64,000 bases of DNA from NCBI RefSeq assembly GCF_031769215.1, contig NW_026781907.1, positions 1,860,001-1,924,000 on the forward strand. The letters are read 5' to 3'. This DNA comes from Ylistrum balloti (Eukaryota). The stretch's first letter is position 1, and each line of letters opens with the position of its first letter. Made by a program: the position numbers and the translations under genes. The notes under the pieces are model-generated. The model was not told the origin of the DNA. It did not search any database and saw only the letters and a list, made by a program, of their open reading frames with translations. Of the stretch, positions 40,916-53,624 are shown piece after piece.

Positions 40916-42941
40916 TTGTCATGATAAAACTGCAAATCAAATTTCCGTTCAATATCGCCACCAAACTCCGAGAAAATGAGTAGAAATTGATAGCATTATG
41001 AAATTTTCTCAGTTCAGGGGTCGTAACTCTTAAAAATTGACTTAAAATATTAATTTTTCCTGTATTCTCTCATATAACATTTACAAGTCAATTTTAGGTT
41101 TAGTACCCTTATCCAGCACTGAGAAGAATGTGCGGAAAGTAATAACTTCTTGATAAATGAATAAGTTGATCCGGACCATAGAAATCACGATCCGTTTCTT
41201 TTCGTTAGACATCTACCTAGCAATCTCCATTTCAATATTTCTATCAGTACAGGAGTGAACGTGCGGAATCGAAATTCTGACGAAACGGAAGTCAGATGCT
41301 GCACTATTATAGGTACAGCCTAGTCGTTTCTTTGCTTATTAGAAAAAAACATGACGTTTAACATGTTCTCCAATGCTTAAAACGTTGTTAGCGTAGAGGA
41401 GCGGATGCATGGCTCTGTGTATTAGACAAAGCCATCACCACTGTCACGAGATGGAATATGAAATTGTACGGTGCAATATTCTCCGTTTAACATCATAATA
41501 AGTCAACATCTCACAAGAAAACATAATTATGTATTCAAACAAACGTATAGTTTGTCCACGATGTATATTCAGAATCAGAATTCCTTAATAAATATTCCTA
41601 TATTCGGCATAATCAAATGAGGACCGAATAGCGATATTAAATATCATGGATGAGTTATAAGAGACTATTACTAATATCAAAGGAAAAATTTCTCGATAAA
41701 GAAATCGACATCCGGTAGATGCAATCAATACGTACAGTTTAAATAAACAGAATAAGGCACAATCTTTCACAACAGTAAAGTTGTGTTGTGGTCATATTCT
41801 CCATCCCCGAGATAAGGTGTTTGTGTTAAAGGACACTTTTCCCGAATTACAAGGTGTGAGTCAGTGTGAGGTTAGTTAACCATTCTAATTAAGTTCCAAG
41901 TTGAAATGTGAGCTTAAGTATCAAGAACGCAAAGCAAGCCAATCATGGCGCAATTACTAATTGGATTAGTCAGTAGAGAAATTAAGTTTGAAACATTAAC
42001 TCTGTCGTAAAACAGTCAATGGTTTATGCTTACAACACAAATTGTTACACCATACTATAATATACAATTCATTAAGGCCATGGTGTTTTTATACCAAGCA
42101 CATGATGTCACCTCCTTTCCTTGATGGGTCATGTATAAACATGATTCGTTCTAGCAATGCTTAGGGGCATCTCACCCTTACCAGAGAATAATAGTCAAAT
42201 TGGTGACCTAGGAACGAAGATGAAGAGATGGAGAGCGCCAAATATCTCCCTCCTGTATCACTCACAATGATAAATCCAAATATTTGCGTCGCCTAAACAC
42301 TCATACCATAGACAAATTATGAATCTTCAAGAATTATAAGCAGACAGATTTGCAGCAGAAAGCGTGTTATTGTTACCACGAGTACCAATAGAGGGGTGAG
42401 AGAACACAATGAAATATCCCCAAGACTTCGGACACCAATGATTTATGATCATGATATAGAGAACCATAACGATGATAATGAAACTGTTGTCTTTACCGAC
42501 ATAAATTATTATTCTAAATTGGTATTGTGTTCATAAGACCTTTGTTAATACGAACTAAGAAAGGAAACATGATATATAACAATGTAGAGTAATTTGCAAA
42601 CTGTTGTAACCTGCATCTATTTTAGTAGCTGCACAGTTCAGAACATACACAAAAACTTGGCGTTCTTTTAAAATTATTCAAAGTGGCAAATTATGAAATT
42701 TATTAACTTTAAATGCTAGTACACCTTCTGCTATTTTACATTTATTTTCCTCAGTCTTCTCCAAGACCTCAAAATAGTAGGCTCTCGGCAACAACGAGTT
42801 CAGCAAGGATTAATTCCACACTCGTCTTTACCGTATCTAGTTTTGTGTTTAAACGGGTCAACCACGTCCGTGTCTTCTGTTACAAGTGTTAAGGTTGTCT
42901 TTAATACGTGTCTGTGTGTGTTACTACACCAGCAATCAGAA

Positions 42942-43094
42942 TCACCAGCCCAGGATCGCAGTGTACAGCTCCGGTATAACTTCCCTGACCGGTTCCTTGC
43001 GAGGATCATTCCCGCCACCCAATAGGTCTTGCGAATCATTAAACATCAGCATTTGAACATCAAAAAAGTTTGTGTGGTATTTTGTCTTTTGTAT
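42942..43094 (-). CDS. Terminal coding exon of an unidentified spliced gene
   Basis: Strong acceptor actttcttacttacag | IQKTKYHTNFFDVQMLMFNDSQDLLGGGNDPRKEPVREVIPELYTAILGW*. It is the only frame open beyond ~17 codons, and it joins in phase 0 to the exon at 43688-43775. Confidence 0.7.
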   Translation of the reverse strand: MQKTKYHTNFFDVQMLMFNDSQDLLGGGNDPRKEPVREVIPELYTAILGW

Positions 43095-43687
43095 CTGTAA
43101 GTAAGAAAGTATCCTTTCAACAATTGTATTTTTCTTCGGCGCTTTTGATTGACATACTGAACGGCAATATTTGGCAATTAAGTAAGTAATTCATTAATTA
43201 TGTATAGACACTATTGGGCAGATGATGCACCAGACAGCATCAACATCACACGTTAGGGCCAAGGATGCTTGTTGTAAGCATGGCATCCATTCAAAATTTC
43301 ACACTTCTCTGAGAAACAGAATGAACCCCTGATGACCATCGATTTCAATTTATCCCCCAAAATGTACTAGAAAAAAGCATTTATGAGTGGATTCCAGCTT
43401 TGTTTTATCTGAAGTTAAGTGAAGGTGTATGTTAACTTAACATCCAAGCCCTGGCATATACAACGCCTTTCTGTGTCAGAGGTTCACCCTGTGAGGTATG
43501 AATCTGCTCAGTGTGTCATCTTCTCCGGTCTTAATAGTGAAAAACGTGTAAAACAGTACTTCCATTGTTCCAATCTAAGTCGGGAGGTGACAGGGGGTGA
43601 CATCAATTTGTAACAATCAGTGTATGATGTCTATATACAGAATTGGGATCGTTGTCGAACTGGATGTAAGGCTTGCCGTCCTTATAC

Positions 43688-43775
43688 CTGGTAACAAAAG
43701 CTGTAACAAGCGTTGTGCGTCACTGGTTGTAGGCGTTTAAATTGTCTTTTTACATTGTTGTGAAGGTCAGAGAAG
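43688..43775 (-). CDS. Penultimate coding exon of the same gene
   Basis: tttgatttttgttatag | c + FSDLHNNVKRQFKRLQPVTHNACYSFCYQ | gtataa. One open frame, phase-compatible across a 593-nt GT-AG intron. Confidence 0.65.
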
Positions 43776-44154
43776 CTATAACAAAAATCAAATACAAAAG
43801 TTTAACAGTGGTTAAAAGACGTATGTTCCACTTCTGTCGTTTCATGTATGTACTGTTGATCACAGCGTGCTATTTCGACAGATTCTATCGCTTTCGTATC
43901 AATATTTAAAAGCAATCTTTGGAGCAAACGATCAAGGCACAACCACACGCAGAAATCAAGACGGAAAATGTTTCTCACTGTTCAAAAGAAAAATAAACAA
44001 CACACGTATGAGGTCTTGTGCTGATTTGCATCTACGCGTTAGTCTTGTGGTAATTAGTGCTTCATATCACTCTAAGGACATAAATGACAGGGAAAATGTT
44101 GATATGTCGAATTAAACACAAAAGAATGATATACATGAAGAACGACTGAAATAG

Positions 44155-44225
44155 ATTCTGCTTCTTTGACAACACCCGTCATTAGTCAGACCAAATCAGT
44201 AATGTCACGTTCTCAAATGATCAAA
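44155..44225. mobile_element. PLE terminal module copy
   Basis: tctgcttctttgacaacacccgtcat...agtaatgtcacgttctcaaatga matches 39465-39545 and 22195-22262. Confidence 0.6.
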
Positions 44226-44565
44226 AGTCAAAAGGTGAAAAGGGGACAAGGGGGAGGGCTGTGGTTTAAGGTCATAATAAAATCTTGTTTCAGGATAATA
44301 GGAGTCAAAAGGGCAAATACTCATGTTAACGAGTGGAGCCTGACATCACTTTTGAAATGTGGTTTTCGGAATAGCGAGACAACCAGACTACTATCGTGAA
44401 TGAATATTAATATATTGTTTTTCTTTCCTTATTAAATTAAACAAATTAGGATTATTTTTCAATCAACATCCATCTAGACAAAGTCAGTTTTGCTTCTATC
44501 AGCGTTGTCCCTTATTTTCCATATAAGTGTAGTGATGGTAAGGTAACGCTCACCTGCCCGGCAAT

Positions 44566-44602
44566 GTGGGTTTTCCCCGGGTACTCAGGTTTCCTCCCAC
44601 AA
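44566..44602 (+). mobile_element. V-domain SINE-like core fragment
   Basis: gtgggttttccccgggtactcaggtttcctcccaca closely follows the recalled V-SINE core GTGGGTTTCCTCCGGGTGCTCCGGTTTCCTCCCAC. No tRNA head is visible. Confidence 0.6.
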
Positions 44603-44689
44603 TACAAGTAAATTCACAGTATGGCAATCAAAATTATCGATCACAAGTTTTTTTTAGATCGGTGAAAAGTTGGTAAAGATCGACATGGG

Positions 44690-45543
44690 CGGCTGATACA
44701 ATTGTGTCCGGATTTTTTAGGGAAGGTGGGTACAATTGTGTCCGGATTTCCAGGGAAGGTGGGTACAATTGTGTCCGGATTTCCAGGGAAGGTGGGTACA
44801 ATTGTGTCCGGATTTCCAGGGAAGGTGGGTACAACTGTGTCCGGATTTCCAGGGAAGGTGGGTACAATTGTGTCCGGATTTCCAGGGAAGGTGGGTACAA
44901 TTGTGTCCGGATTTTCAGAAGGTGGGAAGGATTTCCAGGGAAGGTGGGTACAAATTTTGTGTCCGGATTTCCAGGGAAGGTGGGGATTTCCAGGGAAGGT
45001 GGGTACAATTGTGTCCGAATTTTCCAGATTTTCCAGATTTCCAGGGAAGGTGGGTACAATTGTCGGATTTCCAGGGAAGGTGGGTACAATTGTGTCCGGA
45101 TTTCCAGGGAAGGTGGGTACAATTGTGTCCGGATTTCCAGGGAAGGTGGGTACAATTGTGTCCGGATTTCCAGGGAAGGTGGGTACAATTGTGTCCGGGT
45201 ACAATTGTGTCCGGATTTCCAGGGAAGGTGGGTACAATTGTGTCCGGATTTCCAGGGAAGGTGGGTACAATTGTGTCCGGATTTTCAGAGAAGGTGGGTA
45301 CAATTGTGTCCGGATTTCCAGGGAAGGTGGGTACAACTGTGTCCGGATTTCCAGGGAAGGTGGGTGCAATTGTGTCCGGATTTCCAGAGAACGTGGGTAC
45401 AATTGTGTCCGGATTTCCAGGGAAGGTGGGTACAATTGTGTCCAGATTGTGTCCGGATTTCCAGGGAAGGTGGGTACAATTGTGTCCGGATTTCCAGGGA
45501 AGGTGGGTACAATTGTGTCCGGATTTCCAGGGAAGGTGGGTAC
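44690..45543. repeat. GC-rich 33-bp minisatellite, ~26 copies
   Basis: Unit tgtgtccggatttccagggaaggtgggtacaat. Confidence 0.98.
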
Positions 45544-46799
45544 ATAGGATAATGTTGTTGAAGATAAATAAGGAAGTAAAATTGGATTTAAAAAGACCAG
45601 ATACAAAACATATCACCAAATTTAAGGATGCGTTTCCTTGAAGTTTAAATGAAGTTTTACTACAAAATAAATGTCTTTCTAGTACCACGGCGTAATGTCA
45701 TACAACATCTTTATCAAAGCGTTGTTAAAAACAGTAGTGTTTTACTTAAAAAATACGCATGTTAGAAATAGAATTATAATTCAATTGAAAATTATAACTA
45801 CTAAACTTTTGTAATCAAGGACTAATATATCACGGATTAGAAGGAGGGGGCGTGAGCTACATTTTAGTCGCTAAATAGAATATCTGTAGGGTAAAGTATA
45901 ACTATATTTGGTCGCTTTTACCAGAAATATATCGGTCGAGTAGAATTTTGAATATTTGACTGCTTTACATAACAAATACCTGTGTGGAGCAATACCTGTG
46001 TGGATGGTCTTGGTCGTATGTTATGAATACTGTTCTAAACAGCTATAGATGACTTAAGTTGGGCTAATTTTCAAGTATACAGTAACTTTATTATAGTTGA
46101 TCACATACCTAACGAACGATTGTGAAACCGAATGCCAGAGTAACATTGTGGGGAATATTCACTGGTATTTAAATAAGGGTTTTGAAATAAGGTGCAAAGA
46201 TGATCCGCAAGCAGCTGTTTTCCAGGTGACAGAAACTGTTTCGAGATCTCTTTCCAACAATGGATCGTAATACGTGGCGGAATAGTTTCGAATTTTTAAA
46301 TGTGCGAGAAACCCACGTACTCATAACAGTTTGATAAGAACAATTTCTTCTCTGATATATACCTCTACCAAATCAAAACTATTTTGATGACCTATTTAGC
46401 CGTGAAGAATGTCTTCAGGTTATATAAAGCTATATAGATAGTGATACAGCTTTATGATTTAAGGATTGGAGCAAGCCTCTGTCAGTTTAACGATTACATC
46501 TGGTTAGAGTAGAAAATACTAACTAAGTTGGCATTACCAGAGATTTTTACTGCTGATATTAATTGGCGATCATTCAACTCCATGCCAGAAAGCTGAAGTA
46601 GTGAAGGGTTTGTAGGTTTTCTTTCGTCAATGGTAGGCCCGTGATTATCTGTGATTTGTTACCGTGATGATTGGTGACTACTTAACACTATACAGGACTA
46701 TATACCTTTTGCTTTAAAAATTGATACACCCTTTACAATTATGTAATAATATGGCTGGTGTATCTCCGTTTAGATTTTGACTTTTCTTTCGATTATTTT

Positions 46800-46960
46800 G
46801 TTATTTTTCTCAGTCGCCTCCTAGCCTTCAAAATTATTCAGGCCCTTCGCATCCTAGAAGGACGAAACAGCTGTATGATGCAGTTTAATTCATTGTTTGA
46901 CTCGATCTCTAAATTATTGAAAGGTGTTATCCGCTGGTGTGTCTTTTGTACAATCTTTTG
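46800..46960 (+). mobile_element. Hammerhead-bearing repeat family, copy with the CUGACGA core deleted
   Basis: gcatc^ctagaaggacGAAAcagctgTAtgatgc (46849-46881). The 11 nt actgacgagtc are missing between tc microhomologies. Flanks are shared with the 3.4, 11.9 and 23.5 kb copies. Confidence 0.75.
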
Positions 46961-47136
46961 AGACACTGATGTATCAACAAAGATATTAGAATTCAACATT
47001 CCTTCTCGTCCTGCTTCATCACTACATATCATCTGGTACAAGTCTGTTTACTCTATCATATAGTTTATGCTGGTGATTTTGCGAAATAAGACTGATGACT
47101 ATGCATTGCCGACCAGACTGTCATAGCCCTGCTTAC

Positions 47137-47158
47137 ACGACATTTGAAACCCGGTGAC
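47137..47158 (-). CDS. Candidate 22-nt micro-exon of the 42.9-43.8 kb gene
   Basis: gtagttttttcag | gtcaccgggtttcaaatgtcgt | gtaagc. Open (HRVSNV) in the phase needed to join the 43775 exon. Confidence 0.35.
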
Positions 47159-47384
47159 CTGAAAAAACTACAGTGAAAATGCATAACTGGATAACGGTAT
47201 TCAGTCGAATGAAAAGTTTTCACATATAATGTAACTTTATTTGATGAAATTCTACATTTTCTTCGCTTAAAATTCACACAGATCTTTCCATGGCACTCGG
47301 TGTGAATAAACCTTGATTCTAAGCGAATTAAAGTCTTTGGTGGGTTTGTATTGGTTTTTACAACGCTATTACATCAGTTGTTAC

Positions 47385-47406
47385 CGTGTTCGCGTAGGAA
47401 TAGTGT
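47385..47406 (-). CDS. Candidate second 22-nt micro-exon
   Basis: gacctttcag | acactattcctacgcgaacacg | gtaaca. Open (TLFLREH) and phase-compatible with 47137-47158. Confidence 0.25.
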
Positions 47407-47604
47407 CTGAAAGGTCATTAGGTACATGTTTCCTCGTCTGAAACGTTCTTTCGTTTGAATGATTTACGACCTGAACCGGATCCAAAAAAGCAAATTAGAA
47501 CAAGATTGAGTTCTTTTCGGTATTAATAGGATTTGTCAATATTTCTTTTGTATATTGATATGCTAATAACATTACTTTTACATATATAAAGGGTAAAGAA
47601 ATCA

Positions 47605-48180
47605 CTCAACCATGTAAACAGGATATAGAGATCACTGAACTATATAAACAGGATATAGAAATCACTGAACCATGTCAACAGGGTATAGAAATCATTGAAC
47701 CATGTAAATAGGATATAGAAATCACTGTTCCATGTCAACCGGGTATAGAAACCACTGTACCATGTAAACAGGGTATAGAAACCACTGTACCATGTCAACA
47801 GGATATAGAAACCACTGTACCATATAAACAGGGTATAGAAACCACTGTACCATATAAACAGGGTATAAAAATCACTTTACCATGTCAACAGGATATAGAA
47901 ATCACTGTTCCATGTCAACAGGGTATAGAAACCACTCTACCGTGTAAACAGGGTATAGAAACCACTGTATCATATAAAAAGGGTATAGAAACCACTGTAC
48001 CATGTCAACGGGATATAAAAATCACTGTACCATATAAACAGGGTATAAAAAACACTGAACCATATAAACAGGTTATAGAAACCACTGTGCCATATAAAAA
48101 GGGTATAGAAACCACTGTACCATATAACCAGGGTACTGAAATCACTGAACCATACAAGCAGGGTTTGAAAACCGTTCTAC
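47605..48180. repeat. 30-bp minisatellite, ~19 copies
   Basis: Unit catgtaaacagggtatagaaaccactgtac. Confidence 0.97.
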
Positions 48181-48519
48181 TACATAAATAAGGTTTGATC
48201 ATTAGTATATCCCAAGTAAAACAGGGTTAACAATCAATGGGTATCATTACAGATGTAAGAAACAGGTGTTATAACTTATCAATCAACACATTATTGATTT
48301 GATAGGGTGCTGGTACAGTATCCTGTATCGTCTAAACACACTTCTGTAACGTTAAGTATTACAGACGTGTGTTCAACAGATATCAAATTAGAATAATATA
48401 CAGGACTGCCAAAAAAGAAATTAAATTATCTGATAAAGCGTTTTGTCATTCTAAGAATAGAAACATCTATAACACGATTATGGAAAATTAGAAGAGGTCA
48501 AATAAAACTTTATAATCTA

Positions 48520-49565
48520 GATAGGGAGATGGTGTAGCCAAGAGAGATGGTCTAGCCGTAGAGGTGATCTAGCTGTAGAGGTGGTCTAGTTGTAGAGGTG
48601 GTCTAGCCGTAGAGATGGTCTAGCTGTAGAGAGATGGTCTAGCTGTAGAGATGGTGTAGCCAAGAGAGTGGTCTAGCCGTAGAGAGATGGTCTAGCTGTA
48701 GAGATGGTCTAGCTGTAGAGGTGGTCAAGCTGTAAAAATGGTCTAGCTGTAGAGGTGATCTAGCTGTAGAGTTGGTCTAGTTGTAGAGGTGGTCTAGTTG
48801 TAGAGGTGGTCTAGCTGTAGAGAGATGGTCTAGCTGTAGAGATGGTCTAGTTGTAGAGGTGGTCTAGTTAAATAGGGAGATGGTGTAGCCAAGAGAGTGG
48901 TCTGGCCGTAGAGAGATGGTCTAGCTGTAGAGTTGTAGAGGCGGTCTAACTGTAGAGAGATGGTCTAGCTGTAGAGATGGTCTAGCGGTAGAGAGGTGGT
49001 CTAGCTGTAGAGATGGTCTAGCGGTAGAGAGATGGTCTAGCGGTAGAGAGGTGGTCTAGCGGTAGAGATGATCTAGCTGCAGCGAGATGGTCTAGCTGTA
49101 GAGATAGTCTAGTTGTAGAGGTGGTCTAGTTGTAGAGGCGGTCTAACTGTAGAGAGATGGTCTAGCTGTAAAGATGGTCTAGCGGTAGAGAGGTGGTCTA
49201 GCTGTAGAGATGGTCTAGCGGTAGAGAGATGGTCTAGCGGTAGAGAGGTGGTCTAGCGGTAGAGATGATCTAGCTGCAGCGAGATGGTCTAACTGTAGAG
49301 ATAGTCTAGCGGTAGAGATGGTCTAGCGGTAGAGAGGTGGTCTAGCGGTAGAGATGGTCTAGCTGTAGAGATGATCTAGCTGCAGCGAGATGGTCTAGCT
49401 GTAGAGATAGTCTAGCGGTAGAGATGGTCTAGCGGTAGAAAGATGGTCTAGCTGTAGAGATGGTCTAGCGGTAGAGAGATGGTCTAGCTGTAGAGATGGT
49501 CTAGCGGTAGAGAGATGGTTTAGCTGTAGAGATGGTCTAGCTGTAGAGAGATTATCTAGCTGTAG
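48520..49565. repeat. 17/19-bp minisatellite
   Basis: Unit tagag(ag)atggtctagctg, with variants. Confidence 0.97.
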
Positions 49566-52239
49566 ATTTTCAGAAGAACGTAAAGTACACGTGTTCGTTC
49601 ATATATTCAGAAACGTGCCATTATTCTAATGAATTAACTTCGGGAACTTAAGTCAACATGCAGTGTCGATCTTTTGAAATCTGGCAGATGTATCGAACCA
49701 GACAAATATAGAACACAGATTAAATAATTATTCATTGTAAATTTTGACTACCAGAGTTACGCATGCTTTGCTCACTGCCGGGTAAGATCGATGATAATTA
49801 TATTAAGTGTGTAAGTAATAGTAAGACGTGCTCAGACTGTCCAAGTGTAACTCCTCGCTTCTCAATACATTAGAGGTAGCCAACTTTATCGACAGCTTTA
49901 TTTTTACATACTATGTGGATCTAGACAGGGACCGCATGCCTAATTAGTTTATATGGACGCTGCAGCCTAGTTATTGTCCAGTTCTTCTCCGATAACGCTG
50001 CCCTGTTATCTCATTACAAGGCATTTCCACCGAATATTTCCACCAAAAAAACATATTTTTATGTTGTTTTATTTATTCATTTGTTTTTATAAAACCCTTT
50101 CAACAAATCATTCTATTATAAATGCGGCGATATCACTGTAAACAGGATTCAATCTGAAAATAAAATTAAAGTGATTATGTAAGATGACCAATCAGGAGAG
50201 CCGGTACATTTATTGGCCTTCAAGTTCTTGCCGAAGGGCATGTCCGACCTTCAGCAATGCCCCAGCGTCTGTAGCTAGACGTAAAGTAATGTGTGTAAGA
50301 GGTCACGGAGTTCGTGTGTGTACATTGTAAAATCTATTGGGATTTTCAGGTCTGTGCTATGCACTCCAGACCAAAGCTATTTATCCGGATTATTCTTATC
50401 ATTCTTTAAAGCATGTACCACACTTTTATCACAAGTTAGCCAAACTTGCGTGGACAGGCGATACCGGTCAGCCAACACAATGTTCCTGAACATGATCATT
50501 GTCCAATATGGCCTTCAACAAATATTGATAAGAATGATATAAATTTGCAAATGGCATACTTACACTTCAATGTTGATAAGAATGATATGAAATTGCACAT
50601 GTCATTCTTACATTGCAATGTACATGTGTTAATGTCTGATACGGATGTAAATTACATAGTACCAAAAGTTTACCAAATCAGCGGACGACCTTGTGAGACA
50701 CAAAAAAGGAAGTCGGAAGTCAGGCTAACGTAATTTTGACCATCGTGTTATTGTGATATCCCAAGCAGATATGGACGATAGTGCTTTGTACAAATGACAT
50801 CATAAATATATTCATTTATTCACTCCGACCATTTTCCCTGAATTCAGATGAGAAATGGGTTTCTGGGACGGCATACGATCTATGTACTTTTGGTTACGAT
50901 GTGGATGATTTATAGTTGATATTTATTGGTAATTTACTAATCATCTGATGGTTTATATATCCCAGCATATACATGATCTTTGTCAGCCACCGTATCTATC
51001 ACGGAGCTCGGTCTGTCCATACCGAGCCTGTACATGCACGTTGCGTATCGACAGGCCATTTATTACCAACACGTTCTACTAATAATCAGTAATAGTTATT
51101 TTGAACGAAAATGACAAATAGTTGACATGTAAAACAAAATCAGTTACATGTTCTTCATGTGGTGACTATCCATTAGTTACAAACCATTTACATACGATGT
51201 CGATTTCTGTCTCTGGTCTGCGTTCTGTCAGCTTTTATGTAAGTTACCATTTAGACTCCGGGAACGACACAAAACGCCATATATGGACAATAAAGCAAGC
51301 AATGGGCCTCGTTTTGGTATGGAACGCCATACATAACAGGTGTCTGTCTTTCTTCATTTACTGCTAAATTTTCTATCGTTTTATGTTTTACTTTACAGCA
51401 TAGTGGCGTAGATAAGACATAATAAATTACAGTTACTTTAGAAGACGATGAACGACACCATTAACATTGCGTGCCAGCTTTGCTAGGAAGTCAAACAAAA
51501 AGTCTTTTCTTGATTGATTGCGATTCGTACAGCACGTTAGTCACACCCAAATATTTACATCAGTACCTAGTTCATCGGTAAGAGATCATTTAAACATTTG
51601 TTTGTTTGAATTGATTTTCAGTTGGCTAGAGTGATTGTGGTGTCTTAAACTTCGTTTATATGAGATAACTTGTCTGTAAATTGTTGTGTGTAAAAGGTGA
51701 ACAAGATATCCCGCTAGTGAAATAGAAGCCCTGAAGCCACACGTCAACGTCACGAGACCTCGTGCTGCCTCCAAAATAAGCATATCCACCATAGACAGGT
51801 ATAGAGGGCGGAACTCCAACGCTTGTTTGCTGAGATAGACGGTATCTCGAGGTCTATACATGTTATGGTACATCATTTCAGATTAAGATTTAACAACTTA
51901 AAAAGTCCGAGAAATATGGACAAAGAATGCTTGATATCTTGTCATAGGATTAAGGTAAATACATTAATTTGTACCCGGTGTCTCTCCAATAAGATTACGC
52001 ATGGAACCTGGTATGTCAGAGGAAGCTAAAGATAAAACTATTCAGAAATGGAATTACTACATCCTTTCCCGAATAATTAGAATTTCCTATCGTTACTCTC
52101 TCCCTTTCCCATGTCGGGCCCTTGAGGTCATCGATTCTTCAGTGTATGCATGTATCAACCTTATCGCACACGGTTTGTGCCTATCGTCCCTTGTGCGACA
52201 TGATGTGTGGATGTGTAAGGTTGTGTGAACCCACAATTG

Positions 52240-52850
52240 TTTAAGGAATCTAGGTCCTTACATTCATGCCGAACAAGGATTATTGGGTGTAATTTCCAAG
52301 CCAGACAAGAACTTCCGACTATATATTGTACGCCAAACAAGGATACTCGTCTGTAAATTATAAACCTAACAAGCTCTTCTGTTTCTAAACTGTAAATTGT
52401 ACAAGAAATAAGCACGCACTCCTGTAGATTGAAAACCAAACGAGGCTTAATGCCTTTAAATGTAGGCGAACAAGGTCATGTCTTACATTTTTAGTCCAAA
52501 CAAGGACTCCTGTATATAAATTGTGGGCCAAACAAGGGCTCACGGCTTCAGATTGAATGCCAAATAGGAACGTTCACATGTTAATTGTAGGCCAAACAAT
52601 GTCTGTTGCTTTGAGAGATTGTGGGCCCAACGAGGAATCGCCTGGAGATGGTGGGCCAAAGAAAAACTCTCGCTTTGAGAGATTGTGGGCCAAACGAGGT
52701 CTCTCGCTTTGAGAGATTGTGGGCCAAACGAGGACTCGCCTGGAGATTGTAGACCAAACATGAACTCTCTCGTCTGTAGATTATAGGCCAAGCAAAAACT
52801 CATATCTAAATTGTAGGCCAGAAAAGGACTCTCGCCTGTGAGTCGCAGTT
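52240..52850. repeat. Degenerate ~32-bp tandem repeat
   Basis: Recurrent attgt(g/a)ggccaaac(a/g)agg, most homogeneous at 52610-52760. Confidence 0.85.
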
Positions 52851-53624
52851 TGTATTTTGCCAATCAAAGACAATACATGCATTTGTATATATATAATGTA
52901 TTTGTCTATGAGTTGAAGGTAATAGGTGACAGCTATATTTCTACAATAGTACAATACCCTCTGTAATATATTTAGCCGGCTCACCTATCAGAGTCGATTG
53001 TAATATACGCAAAGCACGATACCCCGGAGAACTGTTATATTGTATAAAGACGGCAATCAATGATTTCCGTGCCGCCATCAATTTTGTGTGCAGGTTTCTT
53101 AAACATGGGCCGATATTCCCGGGAATTATTAAAACTATTCAATTACTTGCCAGGCTGTCAATCAACTTGATCATTATCTTAAAATTGACAGCTAGACGTG
53201 GTAAGGTCTATCTACTTACATGAGAATTTGACAGAGCGCGTCTAATTGTGGATAGAGATGTGACTAGGTCGTCACTATTACCGTTCCAACAGGCTACGGA
53301 ATGCGAAAGAAAAGCCGATATAGGGTCACGCTCTCCCAAAACATTACATATTTACAAGGTAATAAAACATATTTCTTTTCATTTATTCATATACCAGTCA
53401 ATACCAGTGACACATATTTGATACGATTTTATTACTGTCTAACGGAAACGGAAGCTGATTGATCATAAGAGATTTTCAGTTTTTTTTGTTTTTTTGTTTT
53501 TTTTTTCGTGTTCATATTTATTACAATTTATTAAGCTGTTCTGGAACCCCTTGCTAAGAGAAAAACTTTCAACACCTTTTGTGTCAATGTGAGTTCGATT
53601 CGTTGTTCAGTAGACCTGTGTATG

